From Anthoceros angustus (Eukaryota > Plantae > Anthocerotophyta): a stretch of DNA of 64,000 nucleotides. Within the stretch, counting starts at the first letter, position 1, and every line of letters begins with the position of its first letter. The notes under the pieces are model-generated. The model had not been told where the DNA came from and made no database searches. It saw only the letters and a list, made by a program, of their open reading frames with translations. The DNA lies in assembly GCA_010909165.1 (NCBI GenBank), contig MU008184.1, forward strand, positions 372,001-436,000, given 5' to 3'. The translations under genes were made by a program, and so were the position numbers. Positions 12,585 to 25,229 of this stretch are shown piece after piece.

Positions 12585-14031
12585 ATGGCAACTGTCCCCG
12601 CCTCGATCTGCGCAGCAGCTGCAGCTGCTGCCTGCACCAGGGCGCCGTCTACCAGTGTTGCTCCCCCGAGGCTCCACAGCTGGGGCGGAGGCAGGGTGCT
12701 GCACTGGAGGAGCAACAGGAGGTCACTGGAGTTGCTGCATTCACCTCGCCATCTTTTGTCGCGGGGAATTCCAGGACTGCCACACCTTGCTGCTCCCCGG
12801 ATTCTGAGAGCCCAACTGAAGTCGGACTTGGACGAGTCCTCGCCACTTCCCTCAACAGCACCAGCACCTGGGGAGAGTGACCCCGCGCTGCAGGGCCTGG
12901 TTGGGGAGGATGCCGCCGTGTTCGAGCTCAGCGAGCAGAAGACATCTTCTTGGGTGTCCTTCACCATCGTACTGGTTGTGGTTCTGGGAGCCTTGTATGT
13001 GTTGTGGATGGATCCTTCCACGGGGTATGGGACCAGCTTCATTGATGCCCTGACATCGTTGTCGGACGACCCTGAGGTGAGCAGGCTTGCACGCCAAGGC
13101 CACCACACATGTCTCTCTATCGTTTCCAAGCTCCAGCTCATGTGAAGTTTGCTCTGCACTCATCCAGGTGGTGATGCTGGCCATTCTCTTCGTCTTCGCT
13201 CTGGCCCATAGCGGACTTGCTAGTCTGCGTGATGTTGGAGAGAAAGTGATCGGTGAACGTGCATACAGGGTGCTCTTCGGTGTGGTCTCGTTGCCCCTTG
13301 CAGTCTCTGCTGTGGTACGATGAAACTTATGCTTTCAGGATTCAGCTCAAGTTTGGTCCTCACCTCCTTGCGCTGACCAGGGACCGCTTGACATTGATGC
13401 CAGGTTTACTTCATCAACCACAGGTACGAGGGTGCGCAGCTGTGGCAAGTGCGGACGGTCCCTGGTGTCCATGAACTTGTCTGGCTGCTTTCCTTTGTCT
13501 CCTTCTTTTTCCTTTATCCTTCCACCTTCAACCTCCTCGAGGTCGCCGCTGTGGATAAGCCCAAAATGCACATGTGGGAGACCGGTATCATGCGGATCAC
13601 AAGACATCCACAGGTGAGTTTTTCTCCTGCTGCTTTCTTTCCCAATTTGCCGACATGTTCTCCAAACTTGACCAATGCTTAGATGTTGTACTCAGATGGT
13701 GGGGCAGTTCATATGGTGCTTTGCGCACACTCTCTGGATAGGCACGTCCTTCACCTTGGTCACCTCCCTTGGGCTTTGTGCGCATCATCTTCTGGGAGTC
13801 TGGAATGGTGACAGAAGGTTAGCTAAACGCTATGGGAAGGCTTTTGAGGAGGTGAAGCGCCGCACTAGCATTGTGCCCTTTGCTGCCATCTTCGATGGCA
13901 GACAAAAGCTACCACAGGATTACTACAAGGAATATTTGAGAGTTCCTTATTTTGTCATCGCTGCCCTGACTGTCGGTGCCTACTTCTCGCATCCTCTGTT
14001 CCGGGCCGGAAGCGCGTACCTTGGATGGTAG
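12585..14031 (+). CDS. Z-ISO: 15-cis-zeta-carotene isomerase (NnrU family), plastid-targeted, 4 exons
   Basis: Transit-like N-terminus, LVGEDAAVFELSEQKTSSW, HSGLASLR..GEKVIGERAYRVLF, YFINHRYEG, FNLLEVAAVDKPK, GIMRITRHPQMVGQ, WNGDRRLA. Exons approx 12585-13075, 13168-13315, 13404-13613, 13697-14031. Confidence 0.95.
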
Positions 14032-14310
14032 GATGAACCACTGCCAAGCAGTTTTGCCCATACAAAGCTCGTTCCTGGACTTGAGAATTGATTTGACATT
14101 TTTATATCATTCATTTCGTGGAGATTAGATAAATATACAAGACGCACTGCACCAGGTGCTTGTGCTGGAAGCTTTGTGGTAAGCTTGACCACCTTAAAGC
14201 AGGACCTGACAACGACACCCATTCCCGTGGGAGGGTGTCATACTGAAACCCTGTGCAGACATCTTCCGATAGTCGAACCAATGACGAAGAGAAAATAAAA
14301 TTACGGTTCC

Positions 14311-15589
14311 TTACTGGCCCCTCAAAGGTGGCCTGTCGAAGTCATCCCCGTCTGATGTCAATTTCACTGTCTGGATGAGACGTTCCCTCAGAATCTCTAG
14401 GTTCTGCTCTGAGATGGCCTTGTGCATCTGCGCATGGTTGTACTTCTGCAGACAAATGAAAATGAAGCCGGTAAGTGCTCTAAGCTCTGACATACCAGCT
14501 GGGAGTGATAAAACCTGCGAAGCACTCTGCCTAACCAAACAAGAGGTCGGATGAATAACGTAAGTTTGCAAGCACGGCATTGGGCAAGAGGAACCAATGG
14601 GTCACACTTACCTTCACCCATGCGTTGAAAAGATGTAGTCTGGTTACCATGACCCTCTCACCAAGCTCTTGCCTTTCCTGCACGCAACAAGAAGACAAAC
14701 ATTTAAAGAAGAAAGAATCGTCATCCAGAGACAATCCAGAGTCTGTCTGAGTACCCAAAAGAAGAGAAAATCAGGCCCGATCGATCAACGTTACCTTCAC
14801 TAACAGGCGCACAAAGTATTTGCTATCTTGAGGTCTATTACTCACAACAAAGCTGCAGAAGGGACGTTGACAATACAAAGAATTGAGCAACATGACTGCT
14901 TGATCTCAGTCGGGGCCCTATTAGACAGCAAAAAGGACAAGAAGACACAGATAGACGATTACTCTCACTCCACGTACTTATACAACCAGGCATACTGCTG
15001 AGGGTTCATCTCTGACAACTGTGCCAGAACAGTCTTCACCGCCTTGAACGTGAAATAATCAAGAAGGTGCTGCAAACACAAAAGCAACATGCAAGCGCCT
15101 GAGCAGATGAGGGCAACCAAATTTAACCATAGCTCCAAGTCTTTCTGCGGCAGCAGACTTAGATGAATACGATGCGGATTTCTGTCCTCCGTAACCAAGG
15201 AAAATGCAACGAGATTGCCAGAAGGAAACAAATCTAACCTTGTCAACATCTGCAAAACTTTCCTCATAATTCCCACCAAGCTCACATACAACAAGAGGTC
15301 TCTGTGATCCGTCTTGACCACATGAAGGCACGAGGCACTGTAACGATCTAGCAGTGCGTCGGCAATCCTGCCAAGAATCTGTAAACGAGCTCCTAAGCTC
15401 GCAACCGTGAACTCCACTCTGTTTCCTGGAACCTTGCTTCATCTGCTTTCCCACATCCCTAGCCGGAGTGGATAGTGCTGACCGCGAGCTGCCAGAATGA
15501 TTCAATCCCTCTGAGCCAGCAGCCAGACAAACGCAGGGTGGAACTAGTAGCACAGCTGGACCTCCTACAGCAATGCCTCCCCCTGCCAT
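14311..15589 (-). CDS. RBCX: Rubisco assembly chaperone RbcX, plastid-targeted, 5 exons
   Basis: ELGGNYEESFADVDK, DYFTFKAVKTVLAQLSEMNP..YAWLY, ERQELGERVMVTRLHL, NLEILRERLIQTV. ATG of MAGGGIAVGG at 15589. Confidence 0.92.
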
Positions 15590-16910
15590 TGCTCGCAAAA
15601 GGTCCTCCAAACTCAGCTCCTGCTATGTGACCTAAGCCTCAACCACAGTGACAGCAACGCTACCGCTCCGATTTGTCACCAAATATATGAAACTGATAGT
15701 ACCGCGGCTCCCCCCTCGCCGAACGCTTTGCTCATAGAAAAGCACACGTGGAGATGTTGAAGAGAAAACAGAGCACCTTCATCCAGGTGCGAGCTCCTAT
15801 GCCAGGGATCGATTCCCCCATGTCCTCACAGCCATTCTCAGCCAGTCCTGTCCAAAGGCGTCTTATCATGACTCCCTCGGACGAAATGCCGATCCGCGAA
15901 TGCAGTTGATTGGAAAAGAACGGGGAAGCCAGCCGAAAAGCAGCAGGGGAGGGCAGAACATACCGACAGCAGCAGCAGCTTCAATGAGGTGCGCGCTCAG
16001 GGAGACGCTCCCCGGCCGCTGTGTGTCAGAAGCTCATGAGGCTGGCCAGATTCCTGACATGCCGCCGGCATCGCAGGTCACGTCCGCAACATCCTCCCAG
16101 AATGAGCTCCCTCCGTGCGTCTGCGAGCAGGAAGCGTGAGGATTTCGGCAGCATGTCACAGCCGGGCCACGACAGCTAGAGGCCCGGAGTCCCACCAGAG
16201 TTGCCAACAGGACAGCGGGGCCAAGTGCAGGAAAGCAACAGTAGCTGACCAGTTTGGGAGCGGAGGCGGGAGGTGCAGCGGAGGCGGCGTATGGCGAGGC
16301 CAAGGCAAATTCGCGTCGTGCGGTAGACAGGCCAGGTGGATCCTGCCTCAAGCGTAAGGCGGGCGTGAGGCGGGGCTGCAGCAGGCGTCGCACATTCTCC
16401 TGCTCCACTGAAAGCTGAATCTCTCATCTTGGACCGCCCCGGCGGGTCCTGGTCCCATGCGCCCACCCCATGCCCTGGCCCCGCCACTGGCGGCCCTTCC
16501 TTCCCTTGTACATATTCACTTGGTGCACGCCCCCAAGTTGACCGGTTCGGCAAAATGGAAATATCGGTTGTAACCAATCCCACAAACTCTTTAACTTCAT
16601 TTCAATTAAGATTAATTTCTTTCAATTTTATAAATTAAAATACCAAATAGCAAAGGCTAGCAGTTTTCCCGGTTGTGCACAAGAGGCCTCGCCCCTCGCC
16701 ACAGCCACCGTGTCTTTTGAAAGGTGATTGACATGTGGTGTGCGAGTTGTTTAATAGAATAATTTATTTTTTAATAATAAATGAAAGTTTAAGCTGTAGA
16801 ATATTATAAGCAATATGTGAACACAATAGAGAAGGTTCCGGAAAAGTAATTGAAAACCACAAAAGTCATGAAAGTGTAAAGAGTGTGCGACAGTTATTAC
16901 AAAGCACCAC

Positions 16911-17890
16911 TTATGGACATTCACATTGGCGGTTAAGAACATTACCTAGTCATTAAGAGGCAGTTGCGATGACGTCATAGAAATTGTTATGGACATTCAT
17001 ATTGGCGGTTAAGAACATAACCTAGTCATTAAGAGGCAGTTGCGATGACGTCATAGAAATTGTTATTGTGCTTAGAAAGGCATTCTTTAAAAGTTCTTGC
17101 GAGTTGCATGCAAAGCAATTTTGTGCTTATGGACGTTCATATTGGTGGTTAAGAGCATAATCTAGTTGTTAAGAGACAATTGCAATGACGTCATTGTCAT
17201 GCCTTATGATACTAATCTCTGCACTTGGGTTAAGTGTTTGATTAGCATTAATTAATCTAATTACTTATCTTTAAGCAAGTAATTAGTGTTAATTAATCTA
17301 AGATGCTTATGTTAATTAAGCATTGATTAGTGTTAATTAATCTAATGTGCTCATGTTAATTAAGCATTGATTAGTGTTAATTAAACATGGTTAGCAATAG
17401 CTAAGTGGATAAGCTCAAGTAATATGCTTTGGCATATTCCTTGCATATTATAGTGTATTCTTAGGATATTTCTAGCATATGCTGATGCCAATAGGATATC
17501 TTAGGATTATGCTGATGCCAGGGTTTAGTATATATAGACCCTTCCATTGAGGACAAGCTCAGATCATAGCTTGTCCTCTAGATATGCAATGCAAGAGCGT
17601 TGTGAGGAGGCCAAAGCTATGACTCCGAGAGCGATGTGTGAGGAATTAACGTGTTGTTCTCGTGGGGAGAGTGTGTTTGTGCCATGACGTGCGAGCTACT
17701 CCCTCCTATTGTTATTGGTTTGCACCTATATATCTGCATATTATATTTGTTTGCTTGGTTGTTGGTCGAGGAAATGGTTATATGAATTCAAGTGTTTATC
17801 TCGTGCGACGTCATAAAAATTGTTGTTGTGCCTAGAAAGGCATTCTTTAAAAATTCTTGCGAGTTACATGTAAAGCAATGTTGTGTGCAA
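16911..17890. repeat. Tandem 76-bp/140-bp repeats, each containing TGACGTCA; last unit split by a solo LTR
   Basis: Units start TTATGGACRTTCAYATTGG at 16911, 16987 and 17127. The third unit resumes at 17810. Confidence 0.85.
17195..17809. mobile_element. Solo LTR (~615 bp) with 5-bp target-site duplication GTCAT
   Basis: Begins TGTCAT and ends GTGCGAC. GTCAT occurs at 17190-17194 and 17810-17814. It interrupts an otherwise intact repeat unit and has an internal TATATATA and a GAGGACAAGCT..AGCTTGTCCTC hairpin. Confidence 0.75.
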
Positions 17891-18135
17891 GCTTTCATAA
17901 ATGTAATTCCAATTGAATAAAAGATGATAAGCATAAACTTATCAATTGAATCATTGCTCTTTGTTCTTTTTGTGCATTGATTGCGCTTAGTTATAGTCTA
18001 AAATCAGTTTATAAAATTAACTTAGAACGAGTTTGTTAGCAGTTTGTTTACTTTCAAAAGAATTTTTATTGAAATGGTAGATGCAAATTGGAAACAACAT
18101 ATGTGGTATGGAGTACCTTAAAGGATGAAGAAAAT

Positions 18136-18863
18136 CATGAAGTTATGCATATGATCAAATTTGGAGGGAGCACTTGTACGTTATACAGAGAGATTCAAAT
18201 ATTAAGCAGTAAAGATAAAGTAAGAATTTTTTTAAACCCTTCAAAAGATAATCGATATGTGGAATCGTCGGTGGTGACGCATGATGGTGATCACGATTTT
18301 TATTGCTCAATGTAAAATTTAGGAAATTTAGAAAAATTAATTAGTGAAGATCAAAATAGAAAATTAGAAATCATAGGCGTAGATGAAGCATAATTTTTCA
18401 TGACATGGTAGAATTTCATAAGAATGCAACTAATGATGAAAATATGGTGATATTAGTAGGTTTTGATAGTTAGCATGAGAGAAAACCATTTGATAAATTT
18501 CATGGACAGATTCCATTGGAGAATTTAACTGCCTAGTGTAAGTTTTGTGGAAAATCGGTACCTTTCACACTTAAGAAAGTAAAAAAATTACTACAAATAG
18601 TTGTATGAGGAAGTGATATGTATGTTTATCTGCCCGGTGTAAATTTTGTGGAAAATCAGCACCTTTCATACTTAGGAAAGTAAAATTATTAACACAAATA
18701 GTTGTATGAGGAAGTGATATGTATGTTTATCTGCCCGGTGTAAATTTTGTGGAAAATCGGCACCTTTCATACTTAAAAAAGTAAAAACATTAACACAAAT
18801 AGTTGTATGAGGAAGTGATATGTATGCGTCACTGTGTAGAAATAATCATAACGTTGTATGATA
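18136..18863 (+). pseudogene. Decayed intronless thymidine kinase (TK1 family)
   Basis: Motifs in the correct order: NPSKDNRYVESSVVTHDG; LEIIGVDEA*FF (IGIDEAQFF); GFDS*HERKPF (GLDGDF.RKPF); ARCKFCGKSAPF.LRK; IVV*GSDMYASLCRN. The P-loop is degenerate and the C-terminal ~100 bp is triplicated. Confidence 0.85.
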
Positions 18864-19429
18864 ATTAATCCTATAGTTGGAATATATGGAAACAAAAAAT
18901 TGCGTCACTCAAGATTAGAAACGTATGGTTGTATGAGGAAGTGATATGTATGCGTCACTGTGTAGAAATCATCATAACGTTGTATGATAATTAATCCCAT
19001 AGTTGGAATATATGCAAACAAAAAATTGCGTCACTCAAGATTAGAAACGTTTTATAACCTAGGATACAGTCAACTAATTGTACAACTTCTCTACAATTTG
19101 CTGATGGCGGGGCAAGGTGAACGTTGTGGACATGAGAGCGCTTAGAAGTGAGGGCATCTTCCAACCAAGTTTATTAAAGCAGTTTTATAATACCTTGATT
19201 ATAAAACTTCTCGCAATTTAGAGTCTAGAATCATCTCGAAGTTGTAGCATAAAGCGCTCACAGATTCATCAACCGCTCTGTATAAACTATACATGTGCTT
19301 TTGGATACAAATGTTTGCGAACTGAAGAGTCCCTTCGCAATGAGAATCTGTATTTAAAAGCAACCAAACACACAATTAATGCAATCAAGGGTTTGCTCAA
19401 AGTTTGGTATTTGGCCTTGGAAATGACCC

Positions 19430-20130
19430 GAGTGTTTGCCATCTTAAGCTCGCGTTTGGCTACATCAGCTTGCTTCTTCTTGCACTTGTTTTCCCAATGC
19501 CCTAAAGTCAGACACCAATCACAAGTACCAGGTCACTTATAAATCTAGATGAGTTGGAAGAGGAAGCTATTGAAGAATTGGCTTTGTTTGAGCCGTGAGG
19601 ATTGTTTGAGCCGTGAGAATTGTTTGAGCCGTGAGAATTGTTTGAGCCGTGAGAATTGATTGTTTGAGCCGTGAGAATTGTTTGAGCCGTGAGAATTGTT
19701 TGAGCCGTGAAAATTGTTTGAGCCGTGAGAATTGTTTCTCTCAGGATTATTTGAAGTGCATCGCTACAAATGCTGTGACCAGTCTGCTCTTGTGTTATAC
19801 ATTTTTATATTTATTAAAATATATATTTAGATAAGTGGAGAATTCGGGTATGTTCCTAATCTAGCTAGTTTAAAAAGTTAGCTACCTCTTAAGAGCATGT
19901 GTAGTTTAAGCTTTTGTTTGAATTACCATGTAACGACCCTGGTATGAAGCCTAATCATATAAGCTAGGGACATAAAAAATTGCATCTAAAAAATGCTCAT
20001 AAATCTGATGGCTAAACTTCAAATGGGCAAGAAGATTTGTTGTTTGAGAACAGACAATGGGGGTGAATTCATAAACTCCAACTATTTTTGTGATTGGTTT
20101 CACTAAGCCCTATACCATTCAACGACAGAT
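19430..20130. mobile_element. Copia debris: gag zinc knuckle (- strand, ~19430-19535) and integrase fragment (+ strand, ~20010-20125)
   Basis: GTCDWCLTLGHWENKCKKK (CX2CX4HX4C) and GKKICCLRTDNGGEFI. Confidence 0.7.
19585..19737. repeat. 18-bp minisatellite (TGTTTGAGCCGTGAGAAT) x~8
   Basis: Directly visible tandem array; it accounts for the CLSREN-repeat ORF. Confidence 0.95.
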
Positions 20131-21420
20131 GATGGTATCTGCAAAATTGTTGTTTCAAAAGAAAAAGATAAGAGATAACCGCATTCACACCTCTACTATC
20201 CCACTAGGTACCGTGGTACCGTAGCGCAATTTAAATATATCTCTTGCACTTGGTATTTTGTCGTCTCATGGGTGTATGGATGTGCCAGACTTTCTTATGA
20301 GAGTTCTTTTGCGCGAGACTACTTAACAAATGTTAATCGTAAATCTCAAGCACGCCACATTACATGCTCTAACAGCAGTAAGTGCCTTAAGATCCTGAGC
20401 TCCTTCCGACGTATCATCAACGAACAAAATTAGCACAATGTGTGCAAGACTTGTCTACATAGACTTCATAATATCTGTTTCCTTCATCGTTGAATTTTGA
20501 AGGTAAAAAAAGTCTCTTTTAAGCTGTTGTCTTCATAGACAAGTCTACTCCACATATTCATGAGACCTGCTTCATAGAGACGGTCTCATGAAGGGTGTCA
20601 TTAAGCAAAGTTGTCTTCATGTCCGTCTGTTGAATAATGACTCGATGTTGAACTACATAAGCTATAATTATATTATGATGGAGCTAATGCGTTGTCTAGA
20701 CAACAAGGTTGAAGAGTCAATTCATAGTCAAAGCCATGGACTTGGCTGAAGCCTTGTGCACGAAGCCTGCTCTTGAGTAGTGGGCAATGGAACTATCTTA
20801 GAATTAATCATAGCCTGTTGAGTGGATAAGTAGCAAGGAGAAATGAGCTCTGCCGACTTGATGCAGTGTAATAGGTTCTTTGCAGAGCTTCCTTGAGACA
20901 AAGCAAGGACGGATAACTTGACTGTGCACGTACATTACATTGGATTAGAGCTCAAAAGCATACAATGCAAGAGATGACGATGAGGAGCTGCCGAGCTCGC
21001 TCACCCTAGAGATGGTGATAGCAAATTTGCTCGGGAGCGTAGCGGATTTGGTGGAATTTGAACTAATAAAATTATGTACTAATAAAATTACATGAATTAG
21101 TTTAATTAAGCGATATTGGATTGGCGCCCGAAAATAAATCAGGATAAAAATGCATATCAAAATGCATTTTGATCAACTAAAATGGATTAGTTGTCGCTCC
21201 CTTATCTTCTTAATTTCATTAGCCAAGAAACTAGTTAAATGCAAAATATGATAAAATCATAGGCTTTGATACCATTACCACACAATATACATTGTTTGAT
21301 GTTTGATGTGAAGAAAAGGTGGGCTATTGGATGATACTTGATGTCACCCTAGGGTTGGGCACACTAGACAACTTCAAGCGAGAAGATTATTTTGTGAGAC
21401 CACGAAAGTTAATCTTAAAT

Positions 21421-22054
21421 ATGAATCACATTATGGAAAGAAAGAGACTTCATGATACAAAGTATTACGAAGTTATTACAGTAAATGGAAAGGAGAAATT
21501 CAAGTGTTTACGTGAAGGATGCAATAGTTAAACTTATGTAAATAGGTGTATATTTTCTAAACATCTGCCAAAAAGACAATCTTCAAGGTTTGCTTCCCCG
21601 GCAAAGAGGACGGCCTAAAACAATGATAAGTAATAATCATTAGGTTTTAAAGTACTTGCATCTTATACCTATGCCATATCGAATGGGAGTTGCAACTCTC
21701 ATGTTCTCAAGTAATTGACCTAGATCAGAACTCTCTAACGCAGTAAATATTGTTGCTCAGTTTACAAAGAACTGTAGAAGATATCATTGACTTGCTCTAA
21801 GAATGATTATGCAATACCGCATAACAAGTAAGCAAATTAAGGCATAGCATACTGAAGATATAGAAGCCTTCCAAAGACCTCTTGTAGGAGTAAAACTTCA
21901 ATTTTGCGGCTCCATGATACTTGAAATCGTTGAAGAAATTGATAAGTTTATCAATAGAGTTAGAAAACGTTATGTCCGAGGAAGCAGACCCTTAATGTCA
22001 CATCTAATTATAATGAGAAAGATTTTGAGAAAAAAATATATCACGAAAGGATAA
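21421..22054 (+). pseudogene. Decayed intronless ORF with C2H2-like zinc finger and AT-hook
   Basis: FKCLREGCNS*TYVNRCIFSKHL, then after a frameshift PRQRGRPK. A ~150-codon frame follows, interrupted only by isolated TAG/TGA codons. Confidence 0.5.
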
Positions 22055-24319
22055 TGAGATTTTAAAATAGTTATGTATAAAATGCCGCAGCGTTTTTTAC
22101 TCATGTTTTATTCAAGGTTCACTCCATGGTGAATGAAACCAGCAAATAAACAATGAAAAATTGGGTGCGATTTGAATCTTCGCATCCAAAGTTTTTGATG
22201 ATCATAATTTTTTCGTGAGAAGAAAAAACATTCAGATTATGACCATAATGCACCCTTCCACAATGACAACAAGTTTTCTGCTTTGCTGAAAAAAGCGAGC
22301 AAGCTGTAATAGGATGTTCAAAGAAGGTTTTTGTGACCAAATTACATCGTGCCAAACGAACTTTCTTACACATGTTTTGGTCCTCACATTTGTTCATACA
22401 AACCAACATGTAAACTTTACACGTATGTTGATTCATCATATCCGCTAAAACTAGGTTCATTTATTTTTTCCTAAAGAAGCCAATCGATGACTAAGTTTCA
22501 ATTAATCATCCGCCTAAAAAAGAGTTCTCATCTTGAGACAATCTAATATTTTTGTCTCTTTGCATTTTTTCAATATATTTTATTTCTCCTTGTGTGAAAT
22601 CGATTTGCTTTGCTCATGCTGGTCCAAGCTCAAAGCTATTAACCACATACAAGAGTCTAAATCTTTTAAGCTTGCTTTAAGCCTATGAATTCCCATGTAG
22701 CGTAGTTAAGGTACATTTGTCAACTTTTCGACATAAAAGATGCTTTGTTGAGTAAAAGCAAGATTAGAGATTGTTGGATTTTATAGTATTGCAATACAAC
22801 ATCGATAGCTATATTCTTAATTTGGTAATTTATGCTAAGAGATCATAATTCCTTTTTTCTCTACATTTATTTCCTTCTTGTCTTCATTTGTTTGAGAGCA
22901 TAATATTGATAAGAGCTTAACACCAACAGGCTAGCACTCGTTTGTGGCGGTTGCACATGTATTCTTCAAATTGAAGCGCTTAAGCATCCCATCAATACAC
23001 CTACCCCGATGGAGGTATATAACTCATATGGACCTATCCTTATGTATATGTATGCCAAGGATATATTGGACTTGACATGGGTCCTATCATGCTTTAGCAA
23101 ATCTTGTTTTAAGATGTTTTATCTAATTATATTGGGGTGATCAGTCCTTAATTATAGTATCATATTCTTTATAATTTATAAGGCACTATTAGATTATGCC
23201 ATCTTTGTGGTCTTGTGCCACCTTTGTAGTCTTTGATTATTCCACCTTTATTGACTTTGCCACATTTCATGGAGTTTGGTTTTGCTAACCTTGTGGTCTT
23301 TTTCATGCCACCTCTATAAACTTTTACCACATTTCGTGTACTTGTGGTTGCCACCTCAATGGTCTTTTGCTTTGGCGTCCTAATATCTACTCTCCATTGG
23401 TTGAACATCTTCTTCCCTCAACCATGGCCATGGCGAACGCGTATTGTAATGTATAAGTATAGTTGTACACCCAAGTCCATCAATTATTTTTTTGGCTGTG
23501 AAATCCTCTATAAGGAATTTGTAGTTGGAATTGTCCAAAAAAGCAATTCCAAGCTTAAATTTGCTCCTCTCCTTTCCTCTCTCTTTCTGCCCTTTATAGA
23601 TGGAACCAAACAGAACCATAATGATTTTGTCTTCTGCTCTTTGGTATACGCATTCCTTCCCACACTCTTCACTTCATAATTCTTCTAGTTTCAACTTGCT
23701 CATACCTATCTTGGCACAGAGTCCCAACATGCTTCTGAGACAATCAATCACATCATCTTGCTATACTTAGCCTCACCTTTACCTTTCATCTTTTTATTTC
23801 TCATCATGCTTCCCTTTTGGAAAATTTTCAAGTCCAAATCCATCACTTCAAACGACTTCGGGTACAATCTCTATCCAGACATCATTATTCTGCCATGATC
23901 TGTCTTTCTGCTCTTCACTCTGTTGTTCCCTCTCTTCTCCACAGCTTCTGCCTCCATGATTCCATCCAGCTTTATTTTGGAAACAAATTATAATAGTAAT
24001 AAATAGTGAATATAATAAATAAATAGATAAATAGAGAAATATATCTAGGAGATAAATATAGGAAAGAGATAAACATGACTGAACTGTTAAAATTGTAGTT
24101 AGGAGGTGGCATGGATACCACGGGTCAGGACAGACCCATATAAATTCGAACAACCGCTCGTGTGGCGGCATATAGTTTTGAATTTGAATTTGATGTTTTA
24201 GTGTTTCACAAATGCATCTTACTAAAATTCTTTGTAAGATTCTGCATCTTCCTTTTTCTCAAATCAAATACTTGATTTATTGACGGGTGCATGTCCAATG
24301 TTGGTAACTTAAGCGAAAT

Positions 24320-24860
24320 TCAAGTAGTTTCATTAGCTACCTACTTACCTATTTCATTAGTGCAAATTCCACCAAATTTGCTAGGCTCCCAAGTAAATTT
24401 GCCATCATCTAGGGAGTTGAGTGCCCAACTCCTCATCTGCATCTCATGGTATGCTTTCGATCATTGATCTAATATCGCTAAATTAAGCTAAATTAAAGTA
24501 GTTTCACGAGCAAATATGTTATCACCCTCTCTAGCGTGAGCGAGGTCGGCAGCTCTTCATCAACATCCCTTGCATTGTATGCTTTTGGGCCCCAATCCAA
24601 TATTGCTAAATTAAGCTAAATTTAAGTAGTTTTGTAGTTACTTACTTACATATTTTTTTTAATACAAATTTTGTTGAATTCGCTAGGCTTCGGAGCAATC
24701 TGCTATCACCCTCTCAAGGGTGAGTGAGCTCAGCAGCTTCTCATTGGCATCTCCTGCATTGTATGCTTTTGGGCATCAATCCAATGCCACTAAATTAAGC
24801 AAAATTAGAGTGGTTTTATTAATTACTTACTTATTTTCATTAGTACGAATTCCCAATCAG
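24320..24860. repeat. Three diverged ~130-190-bp tandem units; inverted copy at ~20940-21130
   Basis: GCATTGTATGCTTTTGGG..AATCCAATATTGCTAAATTAAG recurs. The reverse-complement TTGGATTAGAGCTCAAAAGCATACAATGC lies at 20940. Confidence 0.8.
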
Positions 24861-24962
24861 TACTTAGGCTATTGGGCGATGACCCAATATAAGCGCACAA
24901 ATACAAGGCCCTACACCATGTCGGACTCCGGAAATGCTTGCACCCGCCTGTGGAGTACATTG

Positions 24963-25060
24963 TTTCATATTTGCACGAGCCCGTGGAAGTACATAGTTTC
25001 ATATTGCACGAGCCCGTGGAAGTACATAGTTTCATATTGCACGAGTCCGTGGAAGTATTG
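24963..25060. repeat. 33-bp tandem repeat x3 (TTTCATATTGCACGAGCCCGTGGAAGTACATAG)
   Basis: Directly visible. Confidence 0.9.
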
Positions 25061-25229
25061 AAACTACTTCCACGGCAGCATGTATAATGTGAAAAAGTGG
25101 CATGAAAAATCCGATGAAAAAATTGGACATTTCGTGCCTCAAATATCACTTGGCCAGGCCCCGCCAACTCCTCTTTCCACACTAACATGTTAGGTCTTGT
25201 TACATGTGTGAATGGACAGTGTGGACATG

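Noticed and set aside
15900-16600. GC-rich short ORFs upstream of RbcX
   Set aside because: No homology recognised; more likely promoter or 5' UTR sequence.
16655-16700. CTAG plus TTGTGCACAA palindrome as a Helitron 3' end
   Set aside because: The hairpin is weak, and no Rep/helicase or matching 5' terminus was found.
19649-19834. ORF with CLSREN repeats
   Set aside because: It is a translation of an 18-bp minisatellite.
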